Part shown: positions 11,047-21,356 of the stretch, piece after piece | Numbering within the stretch: position 1 is the stretch's first letter | Layout: the number at the start of each line of letters is the position of its first letter | NCBI GenBank assembly: GCA_947646095.1 | Contig: CANSFI010000006.1 | Span: 1,162-65,161 of the forward strand | DNA length: 64,000 nucleotides | Direction of reading: 5' to 3' | DNA from: an uncultured Mycoplasmatota bacterium | GTDB lineage: Bacteria > Bacillota_I > Bacilli_A > RF39 > UBA660 | Notes under the pieces: model-generated | What the model saw: only the letters and a program-made list of their open reading frames with translations | Told to the model about the DNA's origin: nothing | Database searches by the model: none | Made by a program: the position numbers and the translations under genes

Positions 11047-11128
11047 ACATATTCCTCCTTCAATATATTGTTTTAAATTTACTACTTTTAATAATAAAAG
11101 TCAATGATTTTTAATAATTTTATTTTAT

Positions 11129-11244
11129 AAATTAAAAACTTCTAGATTTTTCTAGAAATTTTATCCTATCCATTCTACTAATTTTGCTCCCCATAGGCTT
11201 CCTGTAATACTTCCTTCTGGTTTTTCTATTGTTAACTTTAAATT
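11129..11244. repeat. Copy 2 of ~115-bp direct repeat
   Basis: Matches 8526-8640. Confidence 0.85.
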
Positions 11245-11623
11245 AGAATTAGTGGAAAATGCATCTTCTTCTATTTAAATATAATAAGTATTTTGTTACT
11301 TTCCAATTATCTAATTCTAAATATCCACCATCTGGTTTACTTCCTTTAATAGATATATTTAGTTTTGTTCCATCACAATTTAAATTTCCATCTTCTTCTA
11401 CATTACACCTTTTTGGATTAAAATTTTCATCTAAGTTTTTATTTGTTACATCTAATTCTACTTTGTTTATATATCTATTTATACTTTCTTCATCTGATGC
11501 ATCTTTTACTTTTCCTATTATATTTATTATAAGGGGGACTGCTATTAAGGTTATTATAGCTAGTATTATAATTACTGCTAAAAGTTCTATCAAAGTGAAT
11601 CCGCATTTCTTCATATTTTTCAT
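11161..11623 (-). pseudogene. Prepilin-domain protein with internally deleted LRR region
   Basis: GFTLIELLAVIIILAII N-terminus joined out of frame to IEEDAFSTNSNLKLTIEKPEGSITGSLWGAKLVEWIG*, paralogous to the 8557 C-terminus. Confidence 0.75.
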
Positions 11624-11711
11624 TCTCCATTCTGTTTTTTATTATACAGAATTATTTTTGAGAATTATATTTACAACATAAATTTTAGACTAAAAAAAAG
11701 GCAATTAAACC

Positions 11712-12923
11712 CTATTCATTTTTCCAATAACCATTTTTATAGTCATTATAATATCTTAAATCTTTTCTAAATAAAATATATTTTCTTTTAAATAAGTTAT
11801 CTTTATAATATTTAATTGGATTAATATGACTTTTCCACATACTTAATGCTTTCTTTTTATATTCATCATTTTTAATATATTTTTTAATAATATTTTTAGG
11901 TACAAAAGAAAGTAAGACTTCTTTATCTAAATATTCATATTCTAAATCTTCTTTTTTAATTAAATCTTTTTCTAAAAGTTCAATTAAATTGCATCCAGCA
12001 TGTGTTAAATAATAGCTAGATCTACCTTGTCTCGGATTTATTTCTAAAACTTTAAATTTTTTATCACGATAGTCATACTTTAAATCAAATTCCCCAAAAC
12101 CAGTAAAATTAATTGATTCAGCAAATTCTTTAACCATTTTGAGTACTTTTTCAGTACTATCAAACTGATTATAGCCATTAATTAAAACAGATGCATTACC
12201 AACTAGATTAAGTAAATGTTCTTGTAGTCCTATTTGAGCTAAAGTAATTCTTTTAACTTTACCCTTAGTATCAGAATAAATAACACTATCGAATAAATAA
12301 CTATCATCACCTGGAATATATTCCTGAATAATTAAAGTATTTTTATAACCACCTTTTTTAATACAATTAATAACTTCTTTTAATTCTTGTTCTGACTCTA
12401 CTTTATATATTTTTTTCTTACCAACAAACTCCATATGTTTATAAGTTACTACATCAGCTGGTTTTACAATAGCAGGATAATCAAAATCAATTTTAATATC
12501 TCCATCAAAATTATAATATATAGTTTTAGGTAAATCTATAATATTATTATTATAATAAGTTTTATAAAATAATTCTTTATTGGTTAATATATCTATTATA
12601 TCTTTATTAGGATAATTGAAATAAAATTTATTTTCTAGTTTTTCTTTATTTTTAGAAATAACAGTAATATAGTATTCGGTTGATCCTACTAAAAGTATTT
12701 TTTCACTCTTATGTTCTTTATAAAATTCATCTAATATTTTTAGAAGTTCTTTTTCATTCCAGATATTAGGATAATATTTAGTATTAACTATTTTACTTAA
12801 ATGTGTAAACCAAATAGGATTTTTACCTATCAAATAGGCTTTTTTACGATATTTTTCATGGTAACACCTAGCCATATAATAGGCATTGGCATCCATACCT
12901 AGTATTAATAATATAAAATCCAT
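11712..12923 (-). CDS. ATP-grasp carboxylate-amine ligase, D-aspartate ligase (Aslfm/YxbA)-like
   Basis: LGMDANAYYMAR, YPAIVKP, IIQEYIPGDD, FDLKYD, EINPRQGRSSYY. Confidence 0.8.
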   Translation of the reverse strand: MDFILLILGMDANAYYMARCYHEKYRKKAYLIGKNPIWFTHLSKIVNTKYYPNIWNEKELLKILDEFYKEHKSEKILLVGSTEYYITVISKNKEKLENKFYFNYPNKDIIDILTNKELFYKTYYNNNIIDLPKTIYYNFDGDIKIDFDYPAIVKPADVVTYKHMEFVGKKKIYKVESEQELKEVINCIKKGGYKNTLIIQEYIPGDDSYLFDSVIYSDTKGKVKRITLAQIGLQEHLLNLVGNASVLINGYNQFDSTEKVLKMVKEFAESINFTGFGEFDLKYDYRDKKFKVLEINPRQGRSSYYLTHAGCNLIELLEKDLIKKEDLEYEYLDKEVLLSFVPKNIIKKYIKNDEYKKKALSMWKSHINPIKYYKDNLFKRKYILFRKDLRYYNDYKNGYWKNE

Positions 12924-12931
12924 AATTCCTC

Positions 12932-14107
12932 CTAATATTTAATTTCTGTCTTATTATCATTATAAATATGTACTCTTGGAATACGATTAGTAATAGACAC
13001 TAATTCCTCATTAACATTTCTACCACTATTTAAAGCTATACTAGATATATTTAATTCTTCATCAATAATAGTAACTTTATCATTATTTTTTACACTTTCA
13101 TCAACTAAAACCATAATAGCATCCATACATATAGCAATTATTAAATATTTTTTATTGTTTATTTTAACATACTTATAATATTTAGTTATTCCATCTGCAT
13201 ATCCAATTGGAATAGTTGCGACTATACTATCTTTAGTACAGATATACATCCCATGATAACCAACTGATTCACCTTTTTTTACATTTGCTATATTTACAAC
13301 TTCACTATATAAATCAAATGCTTTTTTTAAATTTAAATGGTTATTTAAAGTTGTATCACTTATTTTTTTACCTTTTGTTTTAATAAATTTTTTTAAATTA
13401 AATATTATTTTTTTAATTCGTGATAATTGTTTAGAACTAGAAGAATATCCATACATAACAATACCTAATCTAACTCCATTTAAATAATCTAATTTTTTAT
13501 GTTTAACTAAAGCTACTGAATCATAAGCATGAACAATTTCTATTTTATTTAAATCAATTAAACTAGTGAGTTCTAAAAATTTTTTTGTTTGTTTATCCCA
13601 AATAGTATCCAAAACACCAGTAGTTGCATAATGGGTATAAACTCCTTCTAAATTAATATCACTTTTTTCTAAAGTATCTACTACTTCTTTTACTTCTTCT
13701 TTAGTATTAAGACCTAATCTATTCATACCAGTATTAATTTTAATATGAACTTTTAAATTTTTTATATTTTCCTTAATTAATTGTTTAAAGTAATCATAAG
13801 AAATAATAGATATTGTAATATTATTATTTATAGCTATATTTATATCTTTTATATTAATATAACCAAAACATAAAATAGGAATATCTTTATTATATTTTCT
13901 TATTTCTAAAGCCTCTTCTAGAGAAGAAACAGCTAAGTAATTAATTCCACCATCAATTAATGATGATACTATATGCATACCATGACTATAAGCATTACCT
14001 TTTACCACTCCAAAATAATATTTATAGTCAGGATAATTTTTTCTAATATTTTCAATATTACTTTTTAAATTATTTTCATTTATTTCTACATATGTTTTTC
14101 TGTACAT
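12932..14107 (-). CDS. alr: Alanine racemase-family PLP-dependent racemase
   Basis: VVKGNAYSHG, HIKINTGMNRLG, VRLG, VGY, PIGYADG, CMD. Confidence 0.85.
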   Translation of the reverse strand: MYRKTYVEINENNLKSNIENIRKNYPDYKYYFGVVKGNAYSHGMHIVSSLIDGGINYLAVSSLEEALEIRKYNKDIPILCFGYINIKDINIAINNNITISIISYDYFKQLIKENIKNLKVHIKINTGMNRLGLNTKEEVKEVVDTLEKSDINLEGVYTHYATTGVLDTIWDKQTKKFLELTSLIDLNKIEIVHAYDSVALVKHKKLDYLNGVRLGIVMYGYSSSSKQLSRIKKIIFNLKKFIKTKGKKISDTTLNNHLNLKKAFDLYSEVVNIANVKKGESVGYHGMYICTKDSIVATIPIGYADGITKYYKYVKINNKKYLIIAICMDAIMVLVDESVKNNDKVTIIDEELNISSIALNSGRNVNEELVSITNRIPRVHIYNDNKTEIKY

Positions 14108-14113
14108 ATATTG

Positions 14114-15949
14114 CTACCCTTCTATAAAATATTTCTTATACCATAAAAGGAATACATAAATAATATAAATTTTTCGACCATTTGTTTTTCCTTTATAAAA
14201 ATGATCATCCAATAATTTTAATAATTCTTTTTGATGAAAAAATTCATTTACATAATCTTGCTCAAATTCTTCTCTTACTTTTTTATAATATTTTTCTTCT
14301 TTAATCCAATAATGAAATGGTACAGGAAATCCCCATTTAGGTCTTTTTACCCACTCTTCTGGCAATCTTTCATAAGCACTTTTTCTAAACACATATTTAG
14401 TTGTTTCAGTAGTTACTTTATATTTATCTGGTATTTTTGATGCAATAGACATAATAGTTTTATCCATAAAAGGAACTCTAAGTTCAATTGAATGAGCCAT
14501 AGTCATTTTATCAGCTTTAAGCAAAATGTCTTCAGGAAGCCACAGATGCATATCTAAATATTGCATTTTAGTTACTTCATCTTTATCTTTTACCTTATCA
14601 AATATAGGTTTAGTTACTTCTTTAAATGTTTTACCAACTAAGTATTCATTTTTTACTACTTTTTCTTTTTCTTTTTCATTAAAGATAAAAGCTGAGCCTG
14701 TAAAATAATCTTCTAAAGGAAGTCCATTTCTAATTAAAAACTTACGACCATGAAACCATGGAAGAGCATATGCTATTTTACCTAAGGGATATCTAATAAA
14801 TTTAGGTAGTTTTCTATATATTAAGTCTTGTGCAGATATTTCATAACAATTATATCCTGCGAATAATTCATCGGCCCCTTCACCTGATAGGACAACTGTT
14901 ACATATTTAGATGCAATTTCTGATAAAAAGTAAAGAGGAACTGCTGAAGGATTGCCTTCTGGTTCATCACAATAATACATAACATTTTCTAAACTATCAA
15001 AAAACTCATCTGGTTTTATTATTTTATTAATATTTTCTATTTTTAACATATCTGATAATTCTTTAGCTTGATCTACTTCATTAAAATGTTCTCTTTCAAA
15101 TCCTACTGAAAAAGTTTTATTTGGCATAAGTGTTGCGACTATATAACTAGAATCAACTCCACCTGATAAAAAGGCACCTGATTTTACATCACTTCTTTTA
15201 TGGTATTCTACTGATTCATCAACTAATTTTTGTATTTCTTTGGCATATTTTTCGATTGGTTTTTCAACAGAGTCAAATTTAACTTCAAAATATGATTTAA
15301 TATCTAATTTACCATCTTTATAGTTAAAATAATGACCAGGTTTTAATTTAAATACACCTTTAAAGAAAGTTTCATTTAAAGCTGAAAATTGAAATGTTAA
15401 ATAAGGTCTTAAAGCTTCTTTATTTACTTCCTTAATGAAATCAGGGTGTTCTAGTAAAGCTTTTATTTCTGATGCAAACATAAATGTTCCATTCATATTA
15501 GGTGCATAATAAAATGGTTTTATTCCAAAATGATCTCTAGCTCCAAATAGGTTATTATTTTTAATATCCCAAATAACAAAAGAAAACATTCCTCTTAGCT
15601 TTTCAAGTATTTTATCACCATATTCTTCATAACCATGTAGTATTACTTCTGTATCAGTATCAGTACTAAAAATATGACCTTTTTTTTCTAATTGTTCCCT
15701 TAGTTCTAAAAAATTATAGATTTCACCATTAAAAATAATTAGTTTATCTTTTTGTTCATTATAAATTGGTTGTGAACCACCATCTAAATCAATAATACTA
15801 AGTCTTCTAAAACCTAACCCTATATCATTAGATGCATATATTCCTTCACTATTAGGACCACGATGATATATTTTTTTAGTCATTTCTTTTAATATTTTTT
15901 CTTTATCCTTTTTATTTCTTTTATCTATAAATCCAACTATTCCACACAT
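14114..15949 (-). CDS. asnB: Glutamine-hydrolysing asparagine synthase (AsnB/AsnH)
   Basis: N-terminal MCGI, RRLSIID, FNGEIYN, LSGGVDSS, SGEGADELF, IELRVPF. Confidence 0.95.
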   Translation of the reverse strand: MCGIVGFIDKRNKKDKEKILKEMTKKIYHRGPNSEGIYASNDIGLGFRRLSIIDLDGGSQPIYNEQKDKLIIFNGEIYNFLELREQLEKKGHIFSTDTDTEVILHGYEEYGDKILEKLRGMFSFVIWDIKNNNLFGARDHFGIKPFYYAPNMNGTFMFASEIKALLEHPDFIKEVNKEALRPYLTFQFSALNETFFKGVFKLKPGHYFNYKDGKLDIKSYFEVKFDSVEKPIEKYAKEIQKLVDESVEYHKRSDVKSGAFLSGGVDSSYIVATLMPNKTFSVGFEREHFNEVDQAKELSDMLKIENINKIIKPDEFFDSLENVMYYCDEPEGNPSAVPLYFLSEIASKYVTVVLSGEGADELFAGYNCYEISAQDLIYRKLPKFIRYPLGKIAYALPWFHGRKFLIRNGLPLEDYFTGSAFIFNEKEKEKVVKNEYLVGKTFKEVTKPIFDKVKDKDEVTKMQYLDMHLWLPEDILLKADKMTMAHSIELRVPFMDKTIMSIASKIPDKYKVTTETTKYVFRKSAYERLPEEWVKRPKWGFPVPFHYWIKEEKYYKKVREEFEQDYVNEFFHQKELLKLLDDHFYKGKTNGRKIYIIYVFLLWYKKYFIEG

Positions 15950-15957
15950 AAATCCTC

Positions 15958-17148
15958 CTATTTATTGTTTTTACGTAGTTTTGCTCTAACTAATTTTCTT
16001 CTAATTGGTATTATTAATTTATATAAAAAATTAATAAATGGTTTTTGGATATAATCAAATTCACCAATAAATTCTGTATATTCCCCTCCAAATTTCTTTT
16101 TAAACTCATGTAATCCTATTAATTTATTAGTAGTATGAACATCTCCAATTGTACCAAATTCATCAAATATTTCTATATTTCTTTTAAAAGCTTCTTTTAT
16201 TTGAAAATCGAATAATTTATAATTTGATAAAGTCATTTTATAATCTAAGTCATTAGCTCCATATAAATACCAAGCCTTATTACCATAGAAAACTGTTAAA
16301 TAAGAACTAACATTTATCTCTTTATTCTTATTTTTTTCAAAAAATTTTAATTCTTCTTCTTTTTTCTCATTTGGTTCTTTTTTTATTTGTTCTTTTAATT
16401 TATCAACTATTTTTTTAGTATTTATTTTAGCAAGCATTATTTCTACATGGTTATTTTCTTTAAAAGTATCATAAAACTTTTCATAATAACTTTCATCATG
16501 TGAATAAAAGTTTTGTCTTGTTTCAGTTAATTTCATTAGTCTTACAAATTCTTTTATATCATCTCTGTTTCCTATATAAGGTTCTGCTTCATAAAAGTTA
16601 GCTTTTTTTATAAAACGATGAACAGTTTTAGAATATCTTTTATCTATTGATTCTTCACTATCTAAATTAATTCTAAAAGTAAATCTAGGTTGCTCATTTT
16701 CAAAAAATTTATTTAATTTTTTTCTTTTAAAACCTATCTTATTTAAATTAGAAACTAATTTATAATTATTTTCACCTTCAATTACACTTGCTTCTTTATC
16801 AATAGTATGAAGTTTAATATCAGGATCTATTTTAAAAAATAGTGATTTATGTTTTTTAGTAAACTCTTTTATATGATTGGTGAACATATTTAATAGTTCA
16901 TAATCATTATAATCAATTGTATACCCTCTAGGTATATAAAAGTACGAATAATTAAAAGGTAGGCATTTTTTTAAAAGTAAAGCTGTACAAACTAATTTTT
17001 TATTCTTTTTTATTCCTACATAAAATGGAATCCAGCCCTTTAATTTAGATACCTCTCCCCATTCATATGATTTTAAAAAATGGCTATTAGGATTATTTTC
17101 TACAAATTTATTAAATTCCTGCTTTTCTATATTTTCTACAAATTCCAT
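15958..17148 (-). CDS. FemABX/MurM family peptidoglycan aminoacyltransferase
   Basis: HFLKSYEWG, YIPRG, KIDP, QPRF, WYLYGA, GLHEFKKKFGG, EFIGEFD. Confidence 0.9.
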   Translation of the reverse strand: MEFVENIEKQEFNKFVENNPNSHFLKSYEWGEVSKLKGWIPFYVGIKKNKKLVCTALLLKKCLPFNYSYFYIPRGYTIDYNDYELLNMFTNHIKEFTKKHKSLFFKIDPDIKLHTIDKEASVIEGENNYKLVSNLNKIGFKRKKLNKFFENEQPRFTFRINLDSEESIDKRYSKTVHRFIKKANFYEAEPYIGNRDDIKEFVRLMKLTETRQNFYSHDESYYEKFYDTFKENNHVEIMLAKINTKKIVDKLKEQIKKEPNEKKEEELKFFEKNKNKEINVSSYLTVFYGNKAWYLYGANDLDYKMTLSNYKLFDFQIKEAFKRNIEIFDEFGTIGDVHTTNKLIGLHEFKKKFGGEYTEFIGEFDYIQKPFINFLYKLIIPIRRKLVRAKLRKNNK

Positions 17149-17246
17149 AACTCACCTACTTTAGTATTAACTTGCTATATTAAGTATAGCATAACATTGT
17201 TTTATTTGGCAACTACATTTACTTAAGAAAAAAAGAAGATAAGTGA

Positions 17247-17675
17247 CTATAAAAATTTTTTAACTCTCTTGGCACTTTCTTCTTGTAAAGTTACATATTC
17301 TTCAATTAACTCATTAACACTTCTATCTACTTCTTTGTGATTTAATAGCTTTCTTCCTTCTGATATTCCCATATTAAATCCTTGAAATAAAATTTCGGCT
17401 AATTTAGAGGTAGTATGATCTGTTATCGTTTTTAGTTTTAGTGTATACCAGGTCATAACTTTATTCATAGTATTTGTTTTTTGGGGTTCCTCACTTCGAT
17501 ATTTTGAATAAACTTTATCAATTTTTTCTATCAAGTTTTGATATTTTTCTTGGTTAGTTTTCAAAAAACTCCTTAGTCCTTCATCTTTGGCTATATCTAA
17601 AATAAATTTAACAGCATCCAAACCCATATGAGCACCTTTACTTAATTCATTTAAAGCTTTAATGTTATTTTCCAT
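17247..17675 (-). CDS. Conserved ferritin-like helical protein (DUF2383-like, possibly sporulation-associated)
   Basis: LNELSKGAHMG...SKLAEILFQGFNMGI four-helix pattern; GGAGG RBS. Confidence 0.5.
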   Translation of the reverse strand: MENNIKALNELSKGAHMGLDAVKFILDIAKDEGLRSFLKTNQEKYQNLIEKIDKVYSKYRSEEPQKTNTMNKVMTWYTLKLKTITDHTTSKLAEILFQGFNMGISEGRKLLNHKEVDRSVNELIEEYVTLQEESAKRVKKFL

Positions 17676-17759
17676 ATTTATCCTCCACTATTATTATTTA
17701 CAAAAAATTAGTTTTTATTCTTTTGTTGAACTAATAAACTCTTATTTTCATATACTATA

Positions 17760-18428
17760 TTGGTGATATTCATGGATAAAAAACTTGAAGGATTTACCTG
17801 TATTATGGTAATAGTTTTAATTCTTTTATTTTTCTATGATGATGATAATGATGATTTTTATACTAATATAAAAGAAATAAAAGAGCCAAATGATTTAATT
17901 GTTTTAGTTAATAAGAATAATATTTTACCAAAAGATTATACACCTAATGATTTAAGATTAATTAATAATCGCTATGCCTTTGATAATAAGTATTTAAGGG
18001 AAGAAGCTGCTATTGCTTTTGAAAACTTAAGTGCAGATGCCTCTTCTTTAGGATATAAAATAATTGCAACTTCTACTTATAGGGATTACGAATATCAGGG
18101 TAAATTATTTAATGAGTATACTAATTCTAAAGGTTTAGATTATGCCTTACTATGCTCTGCTAAACCAGGTCATTCTGAACATCAAACAGGTTTAGCAGTT
18201 GATGTGGAAGGTTCTAATGGTAATTATGATGATTTTGAAAAAAGTATTGAATTTAATTGGATGAAGGAAAATGCTCATAAATATGGATTTATTTTAAGAT
18301 ATCCTAAAGGTAAGGAACATATAACTGGTTTTAAATATGAACCTTGGCATTATCGTTATGTTGGTATTGAACATGCAACTAATATATATAATAAAAATAT
18401 TACTTTAGAAGAATATAAAAAACAGTGA
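17760..18428 (+). CDS. M15B (VanY/LdcB) carboxypeptidase
   Basis: STYR, SAKPGHSEHQTGLAVD, YGFILRYP, EPWHYRYVG; N-terminal membrane anchor. Confidence 0.92.
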   Translation: MVIFMDKKLEGFTCIMVIVLILLFFYDDDNDDFYTNIKEIKEPNDLIVLVNKNNILPKDYTPNDLRLINNRYAFDNKYLREEAAIAFENLSADASSLGYKIIATSTYRDYEYQGKLFNEYTNSKGLDYALLCSAKPGHSEHQTGLAVDVEGSNGNYDDFEKSIEFNWMKENAHKYGFILRYPKGKEHITGFKYEPWHYRYVGIEHATNIYNKNITLEEYKKQ

Positions 18429-18442
18429 GTGAAAACTGTTTT

Positions 18443-19083
18443 TTATCTAATATAAAATAAACCAGGTAAAATATTAACTGCAATAAATGTATTAAAAAAT
18501 AGTAAAAATAAATCAAAAGTAAATATTAAATAAAGTAATACACCTTTATATTTTTTAATCATTAAAATAATTGATGAAAAAAAGATAAATAATGATATAG
18601 ATAAATTTAGTATTATTCCTAATATAAACATATCGATACTTAAATTATAAGTAAAAAAGAGTCCAAACGAAGCAATAAATTAAAGTAAGTAAATTTAGTT
18701 GTTTTTAGTGGTTTCTGTTCTTTACAAAAAGCCAAATCCTTTTTAAAATATATCAAATATTTAATTGCATGTATTAAATGAAATAAACCTAATATAAAAT
18801 AAATTATTCCAAACAATGATTTATCTATTAATATATTTAAAACCATAAAACTTCCTATAATAATTAATAACCTTCCTACAAACTTTTGATTTACTTTTCT
18901 ATTACAAATTAAAATTATTAAAAATATTATAAGAAGAATTAATTTAAAAAATATAGAAAAAGCCCCAAGTAATAAACTTACTATTGAAAATATAATTGAT
19001 AATATAAGTAATGTTGTTTGATCTTTATTTAACATTTCACGATAATATTTAGCATCCTTAATTTTTAACATAATATAAAACAC
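18443..19083 (-). pseudogene. Membrane protein, apparently split into two ORFs
   Basis: Two adjacent hydrophobic ORFs (147 and 62 aa), the second lacking a clear RBS. Confidence 0.4.
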
Positions 19084-19152
19084 CTCAATATTATTATATA
19101 TATTTTTTTAGTGCTATGGGATTTATAACATAAAACTAAAAAAGATGGTAAC

Positions 19153-20184
19153 CTAATTATTTTTAGGTTTTTGAATAACCATCTCTTTGCCTTTTTCTTC
19201 TTTATTATTTGCTAAAGTAATAGATGAAGCATATTCTTTAGCTTCTATTAATTTATCATAAATTAATCCTATTTGTTCTATAGTTGGTTTTCCAACAACT
19301 GGTATACCACAAATCCAACCATCAAATCTTTCATTTACAGTATATTCTATAGAAATACGCTTTTTATCATCTCTTAATTCAATAATTTCGCTTTTACCCC
19401 AATCGTAATAATCAACAATTTTATGAATTAATTTTAAATCATCAGTTGATAATTTATATTCAAATCCATCATAAAATCTACGATAACATACAAAACCATC
19501 AGAATTAATTTTTTCTATTTTAATTCTACATGCATCAAAACTACCATATTCAGGATTAGGTGGGGGTGCGACAGATATTCCAATTTTAACTTTTTTTAAA
19601 TAATTTTCGATATTATCTAATTCAATATTTGGATTCATATATGGATTTACAGACATATCAAAATCATCTATAGCTTGTCTAAACATTTTCCCTAAAGTAG
19701 TCTCTTTTTCTTTAAAAATATTATCAAAAATAGATGAACAATTCTTTTTATCTCTAAGTCATTCATAGCCAGAAAGTGATGGATTTAATTGCTTTAACAT
19801 TTTAGAATATGTTTCGGTAATTAACTCATCGTATCTTTGGACTTCTGTTTCAGGTAAATTATTTTTTCTAGCTAAATAATCTTTTATTTCTGTTAAAAAA
19901 ATTATTAATCTTTCCTTAAAATGTATACTAATCTTTAAATATTCGATTCCTCTACCTATAATTTCATAAATTTTATTAGGATATTTATTATCAATTATTT
20001 TCAAAAAATCTAAAGGTATCTTTCCTTCAATCTCAGTATCATCATCGTTACCATATTTAGGAAAAGATATCTTTAAATCATTTCAATAATAAATTTGGTC
20101 TTTATAAAAATACTTTTCTATAGCTTCTTCATGATTCTTTATTCCTAACACTTCCATTACTGTATTAAATTCTAAACGATTCAA
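19153..20184 (-). CDS. Hypothetical 343-codon gene interrupted only by two in-frame TGA codons
   Basis: AAGGGAGG RBS, TTG start at 20184, one continuous frame to 19153 except TGA at 20083-20085 (YY*ND) and 19759-19761 (YE*LR). Confidence 0.65.
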
Positions 20185-20207
20185 ACTAAAACCTCCCTTA
20201 AAAAATA

Positions 20208-20585
20208 TTAAATTTCTTTTTTCCAAAGGCCATGAATACTACAATATTCATAGATAGTAGAACCTTTTTTATAATCAAATATAACAACAGGCTCTTCATT
20301 TGGTTTTAAATTAACTCTAGTTATTTTATTGTTATTTACTAAAGCTATAAACATAATATAATGATTATCTTCCATAGGATGTATTATTTCACCTATTGAA
20401 ACTTTAACTTTATCATCTTTTATTTCACAATGTGGTACATGTTTTTCTAAAGAAGCATCACTTACATTAGCTTCTAATAACTCCATTTCTCTACCACAAC
20501 ATTTTATAAATTTTGAATTATCATCTATTAATTCAATAATATTTCCACATATAGGACATCTATAAAACTTCATAACTACCTCCAT
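20208..20585 (-). CDS. dfx: Desulfoferrodoxin / superoxide reductase
   Basis: CPICGN, CCG, EKHVP, HPM, HYI, YCSIHGLW. Confidence 0.93.
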   Translation of the reverse strand: MEVVMKFYRCPICGNIIELIDDNSKFIKCCGREMELLEANVSDASLEKHVPHCEIKDDKVKVSIGEIIHPMEDNHYIMFIALVNNNKITRVNLKPNEEPVVIFDYKKGSTIYEYCSIHGLWKKEI

Positions 20586-20589
20586 TACT

Positions 20590-20936
20590 ACTAAAATAAT
20601 TTCCCCATTCTTCTTTTTTAAAACCTATTAAAATTTTATTTTCTAAAACTAATAATGGTCTTTTTATAAGCATGCCATCACTAGAAAGTAATTTTATTTT
20701 TCTTTATCAGACATGTTAGTTAATTTTTCTTTTAAATTTAATTCTTTATATTTTAAACCACTTGTATTAAATAGCTTTTTTATTGGAATATTAAATTTAC
20801 TAATCCAAAAATTTAATTCATCATAAGTTGGTGTTTTTTCTTTTATTTGTCTATCTTCATATTTTATTTTTCTATCATTTAACCAAAATTTTGCTTTTTT
20901 ACAAGTTGAACATTTTGAATATTCGATAAATTGCAT
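20590..20936 (-). pseudogene. ArsC/Spx-like (YffB) family protein, frameshifted
   Basis: CSTCKKA and FNTSG, then a frameshift in an A-run; the other frame continues LLSSDGMLIKRPLL...GFK. Confidence 0.8.
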
Positions 20937-20997
20937 ACTATCACCAATTTAATTATAGCATAGTAAATATTTATTTTAAAGAAAAAAACAGATAAAA

Positions 20998-21276
20998 TTA
21001 TCTGTTTACGAATCCAGAACAACTGCCACAATCATTATTTATAACTTCTGTTGATTCTGAACAGCTATATTCTGGAGTATAAGTATGAACGTAGTGAACA
21101 CGGTTTACAGTATGATGATGAATAGGACATACATGAGGTACTTCACAGTAGAAATCCTTTTGATCACAAGTTGTAATAGTTGGTTCAACTATTGGATTAG
21201 CCATACCTTGGTTTCCAAATTGTTGATTAAAACCCATGCCTTGTCTTCCACATCCACAATTTCTTTTGTTAAACAT
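20998..21276 (-). CDS. CotD-like inner spore coat protein
   Basis: PIVEPT...EVPHVCPIHHHTVNRVHYVHTYTP resembles the CotD core PIVHPT...VPHIHPQHTTNVNHQHFQH; Cys/His-rich. Confidence 0.65.
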   Translation of the reverse strand: MFNKRNCGCGRQGMGFNQQFGNQGMANPIVEPTITTCDQKDFYCEVPHVCPIHHHTVNRVHYVHTYTPEYSCSESTEVINNDCGSCSGFVNR

Positions 21277-21356
21277 CTTTATCCCCCTTATCTACTCTTA
21301 TCTTATGTAGGAAGATAAAAATTGAATATGTTAAACGCCTTGATATTTTAAATTAA

